Assembly: GCF_000341895.1 (NCBI RefSeq)
Contig: NC_020409.1
Coordinates: forward strand, 90,001-122,000
Reading direction: 5' to 3'
Length of the DNA stretch: 32,000 bases
Source of the DNA: Pseudodesulfovibrio piezophilus C1TLV30
GTDB lineage: Bacteria > Desulfobacterota > Desulfovibrionia > Desulfovibrionales > Desulfovibrionaceae
The position numbers and the translations under genes were made by a program. Below, piece by piece: positions 16,012 to 24,580 of the stretch. Below the pieces are notes generated by a model, which saw only the letters and a list, made by a program, of their open reading frames with translations, had not been told where the DNA came from and did no database searches. Position 1 is the first letter of the stretch; the number at the start of each line of letters is the position of its first letter.

Positions 16012-16758
16012 ATGCATACACTGGTGTTGATTCGACATGGGCAAAGCGAATGGAATCTTTCCAATCGATTTACGGGCTGGACGGATGTAGATTTGACTGA
16101 GCAGGGAGTCAAGGAGGCCAGAGAGGGGGCCAGACTCCTTAAGGAAGGTGGCTTTTCTTTTGATGTCGTCCATACCTCTGTATTGAAAAGGGCCATTCGC
16201 ACTCTTTGGCTGGTTCAGGAAGAAATGGACCTTTTTTGGCTTCCTGTGAGTAAAACCTGGCGATTGAATGAACGTCATTATGGGGCTCTGCAGGGGCTTA
16301 ACAAGGCAGAGACTGCGGCCAAATACGGTGATGATCAAGTGTTTGTCTGGCGACGTAGCTTTGATACTCCTCCTCCCATGCTGGAAATGGATGATGAACG
16401 GTTTCCTGGTTTTGACTCTCGATATGCAAGTATGGCGAAAAAGGATATTCCTTGCAGTGAAAGTCTGAAATTAACTATTGAGCGCACCATGCCCTATTGG
16501 TTCGAGACAATTGAACCTCAGATAAAATCCGGTAAACGTGTGTTGATTGTGGCCCATGGTAATTCGTTGCGGGGGCTGGTTAAATATCTTGATGAGGTGA
16601 GTGATGATGCGATTACCCAACTCAATATTCCGACCGGTCTTCCTCTCGTTTACGAGCTTGATGATAATCTGAAGCCCATCAAGCATTATTATCTTGGTGA
16701 TCAGGAAGCCGCCGCCAAGGCTGCCGAGGCAGTTGCCAATCAGGCCAAGGGCGGGTAA
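16012..16758 (+). CDS. gpmA: 2,3-bisphosphoglycerate-dependent phosphoglycerate mutase
   Basis: [29 protein letters not shown] (RHGxSxWN), [15 protein letters not shown] and [15 protein letters not shown] lies upstream of the ATG. Confidence 0.93.
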   Translation: MHTLVLIRHGQSEWNLSNRFTGWTDVDLTEQGVKEAREGARLLKEGGFSFDVVHTSVLKRAIRTLWLVQEEMDLFWLPVSKTWRLNERHYGALQGLNKAETAAKYGDDQVFVWRRSFDTPPPMLEMDDERFPGFDSRYASMAKKDIPCSESLKLTIERTMPYWFETIEPQIKSGKRVLIVAHGNSLRGLVKYLDEVSDDAITQLNIPTGLPLVYELDDNLKPIKHYYLGDQEAAAKAAEAVANQAKGG

Positions 16759-16769
16759 TCCTCTCCCGC

Positions 16770-17873
16770 ATGAACGGGAACATATTCACGAAAGATTTGT
16801 TGGCATGGTATGATCATCATGCGAGGGCTTTGCCATGGAGACTGGAGCGTTCGCCATACAGGACATGGATATCCGAGGTCATGGCTCAGCAGACTCAGAT
16901 TGATAGAGTCATTGGGTACTTTGAGCACTGGATGGATCAATTCCCTAATATTGAGTCTGTGGCGAAAGCTCATGAAGAACAGATTCTCAAAGCGTGGGAA
17001 GGGCTGGGATATTATTCACGGGCACGAAATATTCAAAAAGCCGCAGCAGTTATCATTCAGGAATATGGAGGGGATTTCCCTCAGACTCCTGAGGATATAC
17101 GTTCTTTGCCCGGTGTGGGAGAGTATACAGCCGGAGCCATCGCCAGCATAGCTTTCCGGCTTCCTGTTCCGGCAATTGATGCGAATGTCCTTCGCGTTTT
17201 TTCCCGACTTCTGGATATTGAAATATCTGTCAGCGATAAGGCTGCCAAAGATGAGATCGCCAAACAGGTGTGCCAAATACTTCCTGAGGCACGTCCTGGG
17301 ACTTTCAATCAGGCTCTTATGGAACTTGGTGCTCTTGTCTGTTCAAAACGTCCCCTGTGTGAAAATTGTCCGGTCAGCGATCACTGTGTTGCCTTGAAAA
17401 ATAAAACAGTCGATAAGCGCCCTGTGCTTTCCCCAAAAAAGAAAAGCATTCAAATTGAAATGGCGACTGGTGTCCTTTTGAGTGCGGGGAAAGTCCTTAT
17501 TCAAAAGCGCAAACCAGATGATATTTGGCCGGGACTCTGGGAATTTCCCGGTGGTGGCATCGAGAGTGGTGAGTCTCCCGAAGAAGCTCTTGTGCGAGAG
17601 TATATGGAAGAAGTTGAATTGGATATTATCCCGCACGAGAAGATTGGCGTCATTAAATATTCTTACACCCGGTATCGCGTCACCATGCATTGTTATTTAT
17701 GTAAGCTGACTGATACCGCTCCTGTTACCCCTGTTTTTAATGAAGCCTCGGAAGGCGCTTTTGTCCTGCCGGATGAGTTGGATGGTTTTGCTTTCCCCTC
17801 TGGGCATAGACGCCTGCTCGAGTCGATGCGGGAAGACGTGCGCTACTCCTCCCTCTTTTCCTTTTCGGTGTGA
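16770..17873 (+). CDS. mutY: A/G-specific adenine DNA glycosylase MutY
   Basis: WYDHHARALPWR, the HhH-GPD region LPGVGEYTAGAIASIAF, the 4Fe-4S loop CSKRPLCENCPVSDHC, and a C-terminal NUDIX-like GLWEFPGG. Confidence 0.92.
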   Translation: MNGNIFTKDLLAWYDHHARALPWRLERSPYRTWISEVMAQQTQIDRVIGYFEHWMDQFPNIESVAKAHEEQILKAWEGLGYYSRARNIQKAAAVIIQEYGGDFPQTPEDIRSLPGVGEYTAGAIASIAFRLPVPAIDANVLRVFSRLLDIEISVSDKAAKDEIAKQVCQILPEARPGTFNQALMELGALVCSKRPLCENCPVSDHCVALKNKTVDKRPVLSPKKKSIQIEMATGVLLSAGKVLIQKRKPDDIWPGLWEFPGGGIESGESPEEALVREYMEEVELDIIPHEKIGVIKYSYTRYRVTMHCYLCKLTDTAPVTPVFNEASEGAFVLPDELDGFAFPSGHRRLLESMREDVRYSSLFSFSV

Positions 17874-17903
17874 TTTTTCATTAAATCGGGCTTTTCTCTC
17901 GCC

Positions 17904-17919
17904 GGGCACAACTTTTGCT
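17904..17919 (+). promoter_or_regulatory. Sigma-54 (RpoN) -24/-12 promoter upstream of the 327-aa ORF
   Basis: GGGCAC-aactt-TTGCT compared with the consensus TGGCAC-N5-TTGCW. The GG and GC elements have exact spacing. It sits in an intergenic region 56 nt upstream of the ATG at 17975. Confidence 0.6.
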
Positions 17920-17974
17920 TACTTCTGTTTGTAGGCCTTTAGGCTGACCAAAATTTTGACGCAGGAGTTGTACT

Positions 17975-18958
17975 ATGTCTTTCGGGTCGATCACCGATTA
18001 CAACGCCATAGCCGCGCTTCAGGAAAGTGGGAAAAGTGGCACTGGGAAGCTGAGCACTGAGCGCTCTGCTCAAGTGAAAACCGCATTTGATATGCAGATG
18101 AAGTTGACACAGAATCTTTTTGGAGAAGCAACACGGAATAGAGCGGAGGGAGGGCTTGCCGGATCCCTTGATTCGTCTTTAATCGGGGACGCCATGATGT
18201 TCGAAGCTTTGACCGCGATAACCCGGATTATGCGTTCAAGGTCAGGACAGTCTCAACCCTCGTTGCAACAAACACAGAATGTCGTACCACAGAAAGTCGT
18301 TACTGAAGAACCAACTCAACCAGCCGTTGGGGAACTCTCTGCACGGTTTGAGTCTGGCAGTGGCGGCGTTGCGACCATTGGATATGACCGGGTCGGGGGA
18401 ACGTCCTATGGTAAGTATCAAATAGCGTCTAAGCCTGGGACCATGGATCGCTTTTTGACTTTCCTTGACGACAAAGCACCAACTATGAGTACTCGTTTGA
18501 GAAATGCAGGTCCGACGGATACAGGCTCCAAAAGCGGAGGAATGCCGACAGAGTGGAAGGCGCTTGCGGCGGAAAATCCGACACGTTTTGAAGCCCTGCA
18601 GCATGAATTTATTGCCAATGAGACGTATGAACCTGCAAGGGCGATGATTCTCAAGCAAACCGGGGTTGATTTTAACAATGCACCCAAGGCATTGCAGGAA
18701 GTGCTGTGGAGTACTTCTGTGCAGCACGGACCTACCGGTGCCTCTCGTATTTTCAATAAGGTCATGGATGACTTCACTGGAACTGTTGGAAAAAGTGAAT
18801 TTAATGCCAAATTGATCGAAGGCGTCTATAACAGACGTAAGGGACAATTTAGCTCGTCAACCAAGCGGGTACAACAGGCTGTGTCGAATCGATTGAATGC
18901 AGAACGCACCTTAGCACTCAATATGCTCGGAGATTCGCAGATTAATCAGGTTGTGTAG
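17975..18958 (+). CDS. Hypothetical protein (327 aa) with a possible lysozyme-like / transglycosylase-like central region
   Basis: AGGAG lies 7 nt upstream of the ATG. The motif FESGSGGVATIGYDRVGGTSYGKYQIAS (E-S...G...YGxxQ) is reminiscent of lysozyme-like catalytic regions. The N-terminal approximately 110 aa are low-complexity and Q/S-rich. The family is not confidently recognised. Confidence 0.6.
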   Translation: MSFGSITDYNAIAALQESGKSGTGKLSTERSAQVKTAFDMQMKLTQNLFGEATRNRAEGGLAGSLDSSLIGDAMMFEALTAITRIMRSRSGQSQPSLQQTQNVVPQKVVTEEPTQPAVGELSARFESGSGGVATIGYDRVGGTSYGKYQIASKPGTMDRFLTFLDDKAPTMSTRLRNAGPTDTGSKSGGMPTEWKALAAENPTRFEALQHEFIANETYEPARAMILKQTGVDFNNAPKALQEVLWSTSVQHGPTGASRIFNKVMDDFTGTVGKSEFNAKLIEGVYNRRKGQFSSSTKRVQQAVSNRLNAERTLALNMLGDSQINQVV

Positions 18959-18982
18959 AGAGCTTTCGCTTTTCTGAATACA

Positions 18983-20497
18983 CTATCCGCCGAGCCGTTT
19001 CTCAAGAGTCGGGTCCAGATCCACTCGAAGAGTCCCTTTTCTCTGGTCAACCATCACTTGCCCGTGGGCAAATCCTTTGATCTTTCGGATATCCTTGACC
19101 AAAGCATACATAATATCTGCCTTACCATCATCTTGACGGTAGCTTTTTAACCCACACAGAATTGCGGCTTCAACCAAAGTCCTTTGTGGGACTTCCTGAC
19201 CTGGGTGATCTCGTTTCAGAATCACGTGTGAACTGGGGCCATCAGAGAGGTGAAGCCAGTAGTCGAATGGACTTGAGGCTCGACTGAGCATGGCGTGGTT
19301 TGCCTGTTTGTTTTTGCCACGGAGTATGGTGAAGCCGTCGGATGATCGGAAAAGGGAAACCGCCAGCCCTTTATATCGTTTGGGGAGGGAGGAAGTTGCT
19401 TCCGGGAGGGGGCTTTTCCCTTGTTGCTGACTTTCTGGGATGCCTCCTGCCTCCAGCTGTTTGAGTTCGGCAAGAAGCTCAGTGCGGCGTCGCTGGATGT
19501 GCGGAAAGCCGCGATCTGCTTTTGCTGCCAACTTGAAATAATGCTCCATGTTTTCAGTTGGAGACAAATAGGGATTCAGAGGAATAGTCTGTGGCCCATG
19601 GTGAGGGTGAGTCGCAGTGATGACTTCAAGTCCTTCCAGCAGTTTGAATTTATACAACTCTGCTTGAAGTGCTTCTGCCTTGATTTTTTCATCGGCGAGT
19701 TTTTGAAGGCGATTTTCTTCTTCTTCCAACCTGGCGAGATTGCGTTCTACTTTTTTGCGCGCACGTTTCAAAAGGGTCTGTCCTGGTTTTTCTTCTTCCA
19801 TCTCAAGAAGCGGGAAAAGGGTTCTTTCACCGTATGAGTTCCCGGCCTCCAGAGCAGATACAAACGATTCACTTTCCTCCTTTCTTGACCATGAGAGAGG
19901 GGACGTCCATCCTTGTTTCGACTTATGAAGAAAGAATAAGGGCATTTTCCCGCTTGCCATTTCCATATAGAAATGATGCCGCTGCTCTTCTGGAAGATTT
20001 GATAATGCCTTACGAAAGGGGGGGGATATGTGGGGGTATTCACGCCAGATATCTTTATTTTCCAAGATATCTTCCAAGGCTGGCCACTCCGGGGATTGTC
20101 CGAAACCCTCCATTAATTCATTTGTGAATTTCATGCCGGAGCGGGCATTCAGAACCAGGAACTTTCCACTGGCCGGCTCCAAGCGAGGGGAAAGCTCAAG
20201 TGCCAATCTCAGGTTTGGCCAATCCAGTTTCCATCCTATGATTTTTCGGTTGCGCAAGCGTTTGCGAAACCACATGGCCATTGCTGTTGCATTGGGTGGG
20301 TTGATTGGTTTAACGGCTGAGAGAAAAAGATGCGCTTCCGTCTTTGCAGGCCTGAAGAGCAAGTGTAAAGGGTCACCTGAGTTTTGAATTTTCAGGGTCC
20401 ACACTCCAGGGGCAGGGGCAAAGACTTTGTCTATTCTCCGGCCAATCAGGAGAGAGGCCAATTCTGCGCCGAGGAAGCGAAAGAAATTTGCCTCCAT
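18983..20497 (-). CDS. NFACT-family protein (RqcH / FbpA-like; NFACT-N plus coiled coil plus DUF814/NFACT-R)
   Basis: N-terminus FLGAELASLLIGRRIDKVF...LHLLFRPAKTEAHLFLS...AMWFRKRLRN follows the NFACT-N pattern. IPLNPYLSPTENMEHYFKLAAKA matches RqcH [24 protein letters not shown]. The C-terminal FTILRGKNKQANHAML...DYWLHLSDGPSSHVILK is a DUF814 signature. Confidence 0.8.
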   Translation of the reverse strand: MEANFFRFLGAELASLLIGRRIDKVFAPAPGVWTLKIQNSGDPLHLLFRPAKTEAHLFLSAVKPINPPNATAMAMWFRKRLRNRKIIGWKLDWPNLRLALELSPRLEPASGKFLVLNARSGMKFTNELMEGFGQSPEWPALEDILENKDIWREYPHISPPFRKALSNLPEEQRHHFYMEMASGKMPLFFLHKSKQGWTSPLSWSRKEESESFVSALEAGNSYGERTLFPLLEMEEEKPGQTLLKRARKKVERNLARLEEEENRLQKLADEKIKAEALQAELYKFKLLEGLEVITATHPHHGPQTIPLNPYLSPTENMEHYFKLAAKADRGFPHIQRRRTELLAELKQLEAGGIPESQQQGKSPLPEATSSLPKRYKGLAVSLFRSSDGFTILRGKNKQANHAMLSRASSPFDYWLHLSDGPSSHVILKRDHPGQEVPQRTLVEAAILCGLKSYRQDDGKADIMYALVKDIRKIKGFAHGQVMVDQRKGTLRVDLDPTLEKRLGG

Positions 20498-20530
20498 TGC
20501 TCTGTGGCCCTCAAAGAAGCATGAAAGTGG

Positions 20531-20893
20531 CTAGTCGCCACGAACAGCTTCGTCGGCTTCCTGTTTGCTTTTACAATTAATGCACAAAGTGGTCATGGGG
20601 CGAGCCTTGAGTCTCGGGATGGAAATACCATCTCCGCATTCCTGACAAATGCCATAATCCCCATCATCAATGCGATCAACTGCCTTTTGAATTTTTTTGA
20701 CCAACTTGCGTTCGCGATCACGAAGACGCAAGGTAAAAGCGCGGTCTGATTCAGCAGTTGCTCGATCCGCAGGGTCAGCATAAACTTCACCTGATTCTGT
20801 CATGTCTTCGATGGTCTCTTCGCTTTTTTTGAGCGTGTCATCCAACATTCCATTGAGCATGTCTTTGAAAAACTGAAGATCTTTAGCGTCCAT
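20531..20893 (-). CDS. dksA: DksA/TraR-family C4 zinc-finger RNA polymerase-binding regulator
   Basis: 120 aa with an acidic coiled-coil N-terminal part and CQECGDGISIPRLKARPMTTLCINCK (CxxC-N17-CxxC). GGGGAGAACC precedes the ATG. Confidence 0.85.
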   Translation of the reverse strand: MDAKDLQFFKDMLNGMLDDTLKKSEETIEDMTESGEVYADPADRATAESDRAFTLRLRDRERKLVKKIQKAVDRIDDGDYGICQECGDGISIPRLKARPMTTLCINCKSKQEADEAVRGD

Positions 20894-21064
20894 ATGGTTC
20901 TCCCCGTGGTGTTATCATTCGGTTGGGAGTTAGTTTGACCAAGTTACTAAATTAAGCCGCGTAGGTATACCAAAAAGCCTCTAAAAGTAAAGTCTTTCCA
21001 TTAACTAAAAAAAATCAACTAGTTCATATTGGCATAGACGACAGGAAAAAAAGAAAAAATACCC

Positions 21065-21093
21065 TTGACACTCGGAGAGGGCATGGGTAAACA
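21065..21093 (+). promoter_or_regulatory. Probable sigma-70 promoter with an A-rich UP-like element for the tRNA array
   Basis: Perfect -35 TTGACA (21065-21070), a 17-nt spacer, and a weak -10 TAAACA (21088-21093), ending 17 nt before the first tRNA. It is preceded by AGGAAAAAAAGAAAAAATA. Confidence 0.5.
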
Positions 21094-21110
21094 GTGATTC
21101 GCTTTTGAGG

Positions 21111-21185
<75 letters not shown>

Positions 21186-21190
21186 AAAGA

Positions 21191-21265
<75 letters not shown>

Positions 21266-21269
21266 TCTT

Positions 21270-21344
<75 letters not shown>

Positions 21345-21352
21345 GATAATAC

Positions 21353-21377
21353 CAGCCGGTTCGCTCTGAACCGGCTG
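21353..21377 (+). other. Stem-loop in the spacer between tRNA-Gly copies 2 and 3
   Basis: 9-bp stem CAGCCGGTT / AACCGGCTG with a 7-nt loop, followed only by TT. It is more likely a processing or weak termination structure than a full terminator. Confidence 0.45.
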
Positions 21378-21386
21378 TTCCCCCAA

Positions 21387-21461
<75 letters not shown>

Positions 21462-21473
21462 TACAAAAATATG

Positions 21474-21499
21474 ACCGGTCCGAAAGGGCCGGTTTTTTT
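21474..21499 (+). terminator. Rho-independent terminator of the tRNA array
   Basis: Stem ACCGGTCC / GGGCCGGT (one G-U pair) with a GAAA tetraloop, followed by TTTTTTT. Confidence 0.85.
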
Positions 21500-21635
21500 G
21501 TTTTTCTTCTGCATTTTCCTTTTCTTGATATTTACCAATGTTTTTTAATGAAAACAGATCAACTCCGGTATGGTCCCTGCACTGAGTCTGATGACGGCAA
21601 AGTTTTCCCAACACAAAGACTCGTCAGAGAATACT

Positions 21636-22661
21636 ATGAATTATATAGATCAAACTGCTACGCCAGAAAAAAAAATATCCCGCAGATCCATGCTTATGAA
21701 TGTGCATTCTCCCTTAGCGTCGGTTGGGATGCAGGCCAGAAATTTTACTGCAGCAATTGATTCTTCCGAGCCGGGGATTGCACCGGAATTTTATACCTCG
21801 GCAAGTTTGGTAAAAGACCTTGAACGCTTATGTGATCCTCATGAGCCAACACATGACGAACAGTTCTTGAATGTTGCGGTTAAATATTTCTACTCCTATG
21901 TGCATGATGGCGCTCATGGAGAAGAGATTGGTTTCACCGAGATTGTACGACTGTATGAACAGTTTTCGCGACATCAGAGTTTGAATGAACCGGCAGATGA
22001 CATTGAGCTGATGAATAGGCTTCGTCAGTGGTCAATGGTTTTGCGCGTCCTTGCCGATGCTCCCAGAGCCGCACACATCATGAGAGCGGTTATTGGGCAG
22101 CAGGATGCACCGCAGGCCTCAGGCGGTCCATATGTTGGTGTTGATATCGGAGCAGGCACGGGTATCATGCTTTTAGCTCAACAGATTCAGGCGCATCGCA
22201 ATGGTTTTACCGATATCCAGACCTTGGGATATCAGACGGATACGATCTCGGGTGAAAGGACACATGATCTTGTCCACTCTCTTGGTATGGGCAGTGTCAT
22301 GCTCGCGGACCCGACGCGGCCAGGAGCTTATGGAATGCTGCAAGGGCGTCCCATAAGTTATGTCGCAAATGAAATGGTTGCTGGGATTCAACAGTCTCTT
22401 TCTCGTGATAATTTTTTCAATAAATATAGTGCATTTTTTGCTGCTGTTGGTGTCAATGCTGATAAGGCAGCGTACTTTCCGGAGGGATTGATAGCGCATA
22501 GTGGGGTTGAGGGAACCTCTGTGATTCTGGCCAAGGAAAACCGATTTACTGTTCCCGCCGAATTTATGGATTCGGAATTTATTCCTCAGGGGTTGATAAT
22601 CGAAGGGAAAGTACTTCCCATGCACAAGCTGGGGCGGGATTTCGAAGCCGCTTTATTGTGA
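21636..22661 (+). CDS. Hypothetical protein with a class I SAM-methyltransferase-like glycine-rich motif
   Basis: YVGVDIGAGTGIMLLA resembles methyltransferase motif I (V/I-L/D-D/E-x-G-x-G-x-G). I recognise nothing else. The start is uncertain (ATG at 21636, or the ORF-track start at 21570), and neither has a good SD. Confidence 0.55.
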   Translation: MNYIDQTATPEKKISRRSMLMNVHSPLASVGMQARNFTAAIDSSEPGIAPEFYTSASLVKDLERLCDPHEPTHDEQFLNVAVKYFYSYVHDGAHGEEIGFTEIVRLYEQFSRHQSLNEPADDIELMNRLRQWSMVLRVLADAPRAAHIMRAVIGQQDAPQASGGPYVGVDIGAGTGIMLLAQQIQAHRNGFTDIQTLGYQTDTISGERTHDLVHSLGMGSVMLADPTRPGAYGMLQGRPISYVANEMVAGIQQSLSRDNFFNKYSAFFAAVGVNADKAAYFPEGLIAHSGVEGTSVILAKENRFTVPAEFMDSEFIPQGLIIEGKVLPMHKLGRDFEAALL

Positions 22662-23001
22662 CCTCGTCTTCACCATTTTTTGTATTTAATTGTCCCGAGT
22701 GAGAGGGGCTTCCTTCCTTCTTCATTCTAATGAGTCTTTTCCCGTTGTTTAGAGAGCAGAGACATTTTTCTATTCGGTTAAGTCCGATGTCATGCTCAAG
22801 TGACCAATTTCCTTTTTCCTCGTTTGAAGGGGGAATTATGCTTTCTTCTCTTTGCTGAGTGACTCGGTACCCTCTGAGGGTGACATGTGGTCATGAAAAT
22901 GCGTCTCTGTTCATTCCGGCTTATAGAGTGTAAAACAAACTTGCGGTTTACGTGGACTGCAGGTAGATACCAATGAAAAGAATTCAAGGAGCGAGACGTC
23001 A

Positions 23002-23649
23002 ATGCATAAACCGTCCGTCGGAGTGGCCCTGGAAGGCCTCCCTTACATAATTATTTCCGCTTTTACGACACTACTTTTCGCCATTCTTGGGTGTTGGTTC
23101 ATGGCTCTGCTCTTGTTGGGCCTGACCTGCTTCATAGGGCATTTCTTTCGAGATCCTGAACGCGTGGGACCTGAAAATGCGGATGCGGTATGCTCTCCTG
23201 CTGATGGCAAGATTATCAAAGTGACCAGAGAAGCTGATCCCATTACCGGAGAGCAGCGTCAGGTTATTGCCATCTTCATGAACGTCTTCAATGTTCATGT
23301 GAACCGGATGCCTGTTTCCGGCAAGGTCGAACAAATTCGCTATATACCGGGAAAGTTTGTTAACGCATCTTTCGACAAGGCCAGCACTGATAATGAACGG
23401 AATATCGTTGTTGTGACAGGAAAGGGCAACCAGCGGTTTACCATGGTCCAGATCGCCGGACTTATCGCCCGCAGGATTGTTTGCTGGGCAGAGCCTCAGG
23501 ATAAGCTTAAACGTGGTGAACGTTTTGGGTTAATCAAATTTGGTTCCAGAGTTGACCTTTACATGCCTGACGGCTATGTACCTACTGTCAGTGTCGGCCA
23601 GAAGGTCGTTGCTGGCGAAACTGCTCTTGCAGAAAAACGAAGCATTTAA
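23002..23649 (+). CDS. psd: Phosphatidylserine decarboxylase proenzyme (short, about 215-aa type)
   Basis: N-terminal membrane helices. The FGSRVD self-cleavage-type motif lies near the C-terminus, with NRMPVSG and GERFGLIKFGSRVDLY. It lies immediately upstream of pssA. AGGAG is upstream of the ATG. Confidence 0.85.
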   Translation: MHKPSVGVALEGLPYIIISAFTTLLFAILGCWFMALLLLGLTCFIGHFFRDPERVGPENADAVCSPADGKIIKVTREADPITGEQRQVIAIFMNVFNVHVNRMPVSGKVEQIRYIPGKFVNASFDKASTDNERNIVVVTGKGNQRFTMVQIAGLIARRIVCWAEPQDKLKRGERFGLIKFGSRVDLYMPDGYVPTVSVGQKVVAGETALAEKRSI

Positions 23650-23678
23650 CCGAAAAGTCCATAGTAAAAATCTTCAAT

Positions 23679-24449
23679 ATGGCTAAAGAAAAGAAATTGC
23701 CCAGACACAAAAGCGTTTATCTCCTGCCAAACCTGCTGACTACGGCCAGCTTGTTCATTGGCTTTTTGGGGCTCACCTGGGCTATCCAAGGTGACTATGC
23801 TGCGTGTGCCATGTGCATTCTTTCAAGTTGTATTTTCGATGGTTTGGATGGAAAGGTTGCGCGTTTGACCGGGACGACAAGTGAGTTTGGTGTACAACTG
23901 GATTCCTTGGCTGATCTTGTCGCTTTTGGCGTTGTCCCGGCCACCATGACCTATTTATGGGCTTTGGATGGATTTGGACGTCTCGGTCTTATGGCCGCTT
24001 TCCTTTTCATGGCTTGTGGCGCTTTGCGGTTGGCCCGGTTCAATGTCCAGGCTGCTACCAGTTCCAAGAAGCATTTTGTGGGGCTGCCCATCCCGGCTGC
24101 AGCGTGTTCGCTCGCCACACTGGTTCTTTTCACAGAATATGTTCCCCAGGCGTATATGGAGACGGTCCTGCCCATATGTACCTTGGTGCTTGTTTACGTG
24201 CTGTCCTTTTTCATGGTGAGTACTGTGCGTTTCTACTCATTCAAGGAAATCAGTGCCTTCAAGGCGCACCCTTTTAGTTGGATGGTCACAGCCATTTTGC
24301 TTTTTTCTCTCATTGCTTCTCGACCAAAAGTCTTGGGATTCCTCATTTTTCTTGGCTATCTCATTTCTGGTCCTCTCTACACTCTTTTCCTACTATCCCG
24401 CAGAGGCAAACGACTACTACGGGATAGCTCCAAGGAAGAGCTAGGCTAG
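23679..24449 (+). CDS. pssA: CDP-diacylglycerol--serine O-phosphatidyltransferase
   Basis: The CDP-alcohol phosphatidyltransferase motif DGKVARLTGTTSEFGVQLDSLAD fits DGx2ARx8Gx3Dx3D. The protein is polytopic and paired with psd. Confidence 0.88.
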   Translation: MAKEKKLPRHKSVYLLPNLLTTASLFIGFLGLTWAIQGDYAACAMCILSSCIFDGLDGKVARLTGTTSEFGVQLDSLADLVAFGVVPATMTYLWALDGFGRLGLMAAFLFMACGALRLARFNVQAATSSKKHFVGLPIPAAACSLATLVLFTEYVPQAYMETVLPICTLVLVYVLSFFMVSTVRFYSFKEISAFKAHPFSWMVTAILLFSLIASRPKVLGFLIFLGYLISGPLYTLFLLSRRGKRLLRDSSKEELG

Positions 24450-24467
24450 CTCTCACTCATCCCATAC

Positions 24468-24509
24468 TAGTACGTCGTACTAATCTCAATCGCCCACATG
24501 CAGCATGTG
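24468..24509. promoter_or_regulatory. Two different perfect 15-bp (7-1-7) palindromes in the pssA-leuA intergenic region
   Basis: TAGTACG-t-CGTACTA (24468-24482) and CACATGC-a-GCATGTG (24495-24509), with centres 27 bp apart. They lie 72-113 nt upstream of the leuA ATG. Whether they are operators or weak hairpins is unknown. Confidence 0.35.
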
Positions 24510-24580
24510 TTGGTGATTTTCGTATATACTTTGTCCAACATTTATTGATCATATCCCAAAAGGGAAAATCGGAGGATACC

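Noticed and set aside
17882-17909. TAAA-N15-GCCGGGCA, resembling a sigma-28 (FliA) promoter ahead of the 327-aa ORF.
   Set aside because: The -10 part matches only GCCG of GCCGATAA. The overlapping sigma-54 motif is a much better match.
24498-24548. A 16-codon mini-ORF upstream of leuA that is rich in branched-chain residues (MQHVLVIFVYTLSNIY), suggestive of a leader-peptide attenuator.
   Set aside because: It has no SD, and its ATG lies inside the second palindrome. There is no run of Leu codons and no terminator/antiterminator hairpin with a U-tract between its stop and the leuA SD, only about 25 nt. Classical attenuation is therefore not supported.
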